A stretch of 64,000 nucleotides of DNA from an uncultured Acidobacteriota bacterium. GTDB lineage: Bacteria > Acidobacteriota > Vicinamibacteria > Vicinamibacterales > UBA2999. Positions 60,581 to 64,000 of the stretch are shown here, in pieces. The stretch lies in NCBI GenBank assembly GCA_963713655.1, contig CAVQMT010000013.1, positions 25,422 through 89,421 of the forward strand, read 5' to 3'. The position numbers and the translations under genes were made by a program. Every line of letters starts with the position of its first letter. Within the stretch, counting starts at the first letter, position 1. The notes under the pieces are model-generated. The model did not search any database. It was not told where the DNA came from and saw nothing but the letters and a program-made list of their open reading frames with translations.

Positions 60581-60980
60581 ATGCGGGCGGTGTTGGACCA
60601 CGTAGGCATCGCGGTGGAGCGGCTGGAGCCGTCGCGTCCACTTCTTCCGCGATGCCCTGGGGCTGCACGTCGAGGCCCCGGAGGACGTCGCTTCGCAGTC
60701 GGTGCGGGCGCACCAGGTACAGCTCGACGGGCTGGCGGCGCTCGAGCTGCTCGAGGCCACGGCGCCGGCCTCGCCGATCGCGAAGTTCGTGGGGAAGCGA
60801 GGCCCCGGCCTGCACCACATCACGCTGCGCGTCGACGACATCCACGCGGCGCTGGCGCATCTCGCCGCGCGCGGCGTGCGGCTGGTGGACGAGACGCCCC
60901 GGGTCGGCGCGGGCGGCTCGTTGATCGCCTTCATCCACCCGGAAGCGGCGCACGGCGTGCTGGTCGAGCTGAAGCAGGTG
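60581..60980 (+). CDS. mce: methylmalonyl-CoA epimerase (VOC/glyoxalase fold; 1 frame break near 60635; no stop before the next domain)
   Basis: LDHVGIAV.., ELLEATAPASPIAKFVGKRGPGLHHITLRVDDI, LIAFIHPEAAHGVLVEL. Confidence 0.75.
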
Positions 60981-61031
60981 ACGGGCCACAGCGCGCGGCT
61001 CGAGGTCAGCCGTCCCCTGGCGGTCGGCGAC

Positions 61032-61841
61032 ATGCAGATCCGCGTCCTGCACGACGGCCCGTTCCGGCTCGACGGTGGGGCGATGTTCGGCGTCGTCCCG
61101 CGCACGTTGTGGGAGCCGCTGGCGCCCGCCGACGACCGGCATCGGATCCAGCTGGCGATGCGCCCGCTGCTCGTCGAGGCGCCGTGGGGCCGGATGCTCG
61201 TGGACTGCGGCGTCGGCGGGAAGATGCCCGAGAAGGCGCGTGACATTTACGGCCTCGACCGGACCCGTCACCTCGATCACGCGCTCGAGGAGGCGGGGTT
61301 GACGGCCGACGCCATCGACATCGTGCTGCCGACCCACCTGCACTTCGATCACTTCGGCGGCGCCACCATGGCGACGCCGCAGGGGATCGTGCCCCGGTTC
61401 GCGCGCGCCCGCTACGTCATCCGGCGGGCCGAATGGCACGACGCCACGCATCCCCATGCCCGCAACCGCGCCAGCTACCTGCAGGACGACTTCGTGCCGC
61501 TCGACGCCGCGGGCGTCGTGGACTGGTTCGACCGCGACGCCGAGATTCGGCCGGGTGTGCGGGTCGAGCGGACCGGCGGCCACACCGGCCAGCATCAGAT
61601 CGTCTACGTCGAGTCGAGCGGCACCACGGTGGTGTTCGTGGCCGACCTGATCCCGACCACCGCGCACATCCAGGACCCGTGGGTGATGGGCTACGACCTG
61701 TTTCCCATGGAAACGCTGGCGTTCAAGCAGCGCTTCATCCGCGAGGCCATCGATCGCGAGTACCTGATCGTCTTCGAGCACGACCCGCAGGTGGCGGCCG
61801 GCTACATCCGCGAGCGTGCGGGCGCGGCGAGCGTGCTATAG
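61032..61841 (+). CDS. MBL-fold metallo-hydrolase (currently in frame with mce)
   Basis: ATG 61032 (MQIRVLHDGPFRLDGGAMFGVVP). HLHFDHFGG motif. Ends at TAG 61839-61841. Confidence 0.7.
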   Translation: MQIRVLHDGPFRLDGGAMFGVVPRTLWEPLAPADDRHRIQLAMRPLLVEAPWGRMLVDCGVGGKMPEKARDIYGLDRTRHLDHALEEAGLTADAIDIVLPTHLHFDHFGGATMATPQGIVPRFARARYVIRRAEWHDATHPHARNRASYLQDDFVPLDAAGVVDWFDRDAEIRPGVRVERTGGHTGQHQIVYVESSGTTVVFVADLIPTTAHIQDPWVMGYDLFPMETLAFKQRFIREAIDREYLIVFEHDPQVAAGYIRERAGAASVL

Positions 61842-61913
61842 AATCGTCCGGTTCGAGCCGGTGCTATTAGTCGACTGAGCCACCAGACATCGAACTGAAG
61901 CTGCTCACTCACT

Positions 61914-62794
61914 ATGGAAACTGCTCGTATCGGCATCATCGGCGGCAGCGGCCTGTACGACATGGCCGAGGTCACCGACCGCGAGACCCACGTCGTGTCC
62001 ACGCCCTTCGGCGACCCGTCCGGGCCGTTCGTCCTGGGCACGCTGCGCGGGCGTCGCGTGGCGTTTCTGGCGCGGCACGGCGCGGGGCACCGCCTGCTGC
62101 CCTCGGAGCTGAACTTCCGCGCCAACATCTTCGGCATGAAGATGCTGGGCGTCGAGTACATCCTGTCGGCCAGCGCCGTGGGCAGCCTGAAGGAGGAGTA
62201 CAAGCCGCTCGACATCGTGGTGCCGGACCAGTTCATCGACCGGACCAAGGGCCGGGTCAGCACGTTCTTCGGCCGCGGGCTGGCCGCCCACGTCGGCTTC
62301 GCGCACCCGTTCTGCAAGAAGCTCAGCGCGGTGGCAGCCGGCAGCGGCCGCCGCGTCGGCGCGACGGTCCACGAGGGCGGGACCTACGTGTGCATGGAGG
62401 GCCCGCAGTTCTCGACGCTGGCCGAGTCGAAGCTCTATCGCTCGTGGGGCGCCGACGTCATCGGCATGACCAACCTGCAGGAGGCCAAGCTCGCGCGCGA
62501 GGCGGAGATCTGCTACACCACGATCGCGCTGGTCACCGACTACGACTGCTGGCACCCCGATCACGACTCGGTCACGGTGGAGATGGTGATCGCCGTGCTG
62601 ATGCAGAACGCCGTGACGGCCCAGGCGCATCATCGCCGACGCGGTGGCGCAGCTGCCGTTCGAGCGCACGTGCGAGTGCGCCACGCGCACTCAAGTACGC
62701 GCTGATCACCCGGCCCGAGGCCGTGCCCGACGCGACGCGGCGGGAGCTCGAGCCCCTGGTCGGCAAGTACCTGTCGCACGGTCAGCCGACTTGA
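61914..62794 (+). CDS. mtnP: S-methyl-5'-thioadenosine phosphorylase (1 frame break near 62630)
   Basis: [42 protein letters not shown]-end in ORF 62390..62794. Confidence 0.9.
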
Positions 62795-62858
62795 CCGCCG
62801 CACTCACCGTTCATCACGCCGGGGCGCAGGGCGTACCCGAGCTCCCGGAGGTTCCTGC

Positions 62859-63848
62859 ATGACGACCGCAAGATTCGACGTGACCGCCATCGGCAACGCC
62901 ATCGTGGACGTGCTGGCCCAGGCCGAGGATGCCTTGCTCGACCAGCTCAAGCTCACCAAGGGGGCGATGCAGCTGATCGACCCGCCGACCGCCGATCGGC
63001 TCTACGCGGCGATGGGCCCCGGGGTCGAGGCCTCGGGCGGGTCAGCGGCGAACACCGTGGCCGGCATCGCCGCGCTCGGAGGCAAGGCCGCCTATATCGG
63101 CAAGGTGGCCGACGACCAGCTGGGCAACGTGTTCACGCACGACATCCGCGCCGTCGGCGTGACCTTCGACACCCCGCCGCTCAAGGGCGGGCTGTCCACC
63201 GCCCGTTCGCTGATCTTCGTCACGCCCGATGCCCAGCGCACCATGCAGACGTTTCTCGGCGCCACGTCGCAGCTCGGGCCCGAGGACGTGAACATGGGCT
63301 ACATCAAGGACTCGCAGGTGCTGTATCTCGAGGGCTACCTCTGGGATCAGCCGCGCGCGAAGGAGGCGATGCAGAACGCCGCCATCGAGGCCAAGCGGGC
63401 CGGCGTCAAGGTGGCGCTGACGCTGTCGGATTCGTTCTGCGTCGCGAGGTTCCGCGACGAGTTCCTGGATCTGGCCGAGCATCACATCGACATCCTGTTC
63501 GCGAACGAGGGCGAGATCCTGTCGCTGTACCAGGCCACGACCTTCGACGAGGCGCTGCAGAAGGTGCGCGGCCACTGCGAGATCGCGGCGCTGACCCGCA
63601 GCGAGAAGGGGTCGGTGGTGGTGGCCGGCGACGACGTGCACGTGATCGACGCCGTGAAGGGCGTCAAGGTCGTGGACACGACCGGCGCAGGCGACGCCTA
63701 CGCCGCCGGGTTTCTCTACGCGTACACGCAGGGGCGCGACCTCGCCACCGCTGGGCGGCTGGGTGGCGCAATGGCGGCGCGGGTGATCAGCCACTACGGC
63801 CCGCGCGTGCAGGGCGACGTGAAGGCACTCGCCGCCGGCGTGCTGTAG
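62859..63848 (+). CDS. adenosine kinase (PfkB family carbohydrate kinase)
   Basis: Intact ORF. GGSAANT, DTTGAGDAYAAGFLY (PfkB signature 2). Confidence 0.8.
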   Translation: MTTARFDVTAIGNAIVDVLAQAEDALLDQLKLTKGAMQLIDPPTADRLYAAMGPGVEASGGSAANTVAGIAALGGKAAYIGKVADDQLGNVFTHDIRAVGVTFDTPPLKGGLSTARSLIFVTPDAQRTMQTFLGATSQLGPEDVNMGYIKDSQVLYLEGYLWDQPRAKEAMQNAAIEAKRAGVKVALTLSDSFCVARFRDEFLDLAEHHIDILFANEGEILSLYQATTFDEALQKVRGHCEIAALTRSEKGSVVVAGDDVHVIDAVKGVKVVDTTGAGDAYAAGFLYAYTQGRDLATAGRLGGAMAARVISHYGPRVQGDVKALAAGVL

Positions 63849-63915
63849 CAGACCGGCGGCGCTGCAGCGCCGGCGCCTGTCGCTAGCGCAGTGTCGTCTT
63901 GCCCGCTTCGCGGGC
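63846..63915 (+). repeat. composite two-hairpin intergenic repeat, copy D (first hairpin degenerate)
   Basis: TAGCAGAC..(GGCGCTGCAGCGCC)..TGTCGCTAG, then CGCAGTGTCGTCTT, then GCCCGC-TTC-GCGGGC. Confidence 0.65.
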
Positions 63916-64000
63916 GGGCTCGAGGTCGGGCAGGAAGACGGTCAGGAGCCCGATCGCCGGCAGGAACGAACACACGGTGTAGACCAGCTCGATGCTGGTC
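63883..64000 (-). CDS. C-terminal fragment of a membrane protein (partial, runs off the window)
   Basis: Minus-strand frame reads ..TSIELVYTVCSFLPAIGLLTVFLPD.. to a TAG (complement of 63883-63885) inside repeat element 63846-63915. Confidence 0.3.
   Translation of the reverse strand, partial: TSIELVYTVCSFLPAIGLLTVFLPDLEPAREAGKTTLR

Noticed and set aside
59553-61781. Very long antisense ORFs. Examples: 742 aa at 59553..61781(-), 638 aa at 3575..5491(+), 626 aa at 35783..37663(-), 590 aa at 16279..18051(-), 577 aa at 4620..6353(-), 561 aa at 57783..59468(-), 583 aa at 28986..30737(-).
   Set aside because: They lie opposite clearly identifiable conserved genes (meaB/mce, uvrC, birA, rpsA, ACAD, mutase). 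Their Arg/Pro/Ala/Gly-dominated composition is typical of stop-poor shadow frames in high-GC DNA. They contain no recognisable motifs.

Overview
High-GC bacterial chromosomal segment. The gene content suggests Acidobacteriota: an ADOP-type duplicated orphan permease and an acidobacterial-type VWA protein (inference). I can support about 60 protein-coding genes, nearly all core housekeeping. They cover DNA repair and segregation (ku, uvrC, scpA, scpB), translation (trpS, valS, argS, rpsA, prfB, an rluB-like synthase, a RumA-like methyltransferase), the chaperone operon dnaK-dnaJ-hspR, cell envelope (PBP1A, lnt, a SPOR protein, a small outer-membrane barrel), cofactor and central metabolism (nadC, birA, hemW, gdhA, cmk, mtnP, adenosine kinase), and the methylmalonyl-CoA pathway in two places (a split mutase at 29.3-31.4 kb; meaB, epimerase and an acyl-CoA dehydrogenase at 58.3-61 kb). 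I found no rRNA, tRNA, CRISPR array, transposase, prophage, toxin-antitoxin pair or recognisable defence island, and I cannot point to a convincing novel multi-gene system. Three things stand out. (1) Almost every gene longer than about 1 kb is broken into 2-8 frame-shifted pieces, including essential single-copy genes. This looks like uncorrected sequencing or assembly indels, so all CDS boundaries are provisional. One frame change, in prfB, is the classical programmed +1 site. (2) A composite two-hairpin repeat of about 85 nt occurs at four gene ends and sits on CTAG/TAG stop codons. (3) A second class of intergenic hairpins is built from locus-specific 7-nt tandem repeats, including (GTCTTCG)n at three loci. 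CDS coordinates are my manual reconstructions from the ORF track and span the frame breaks.
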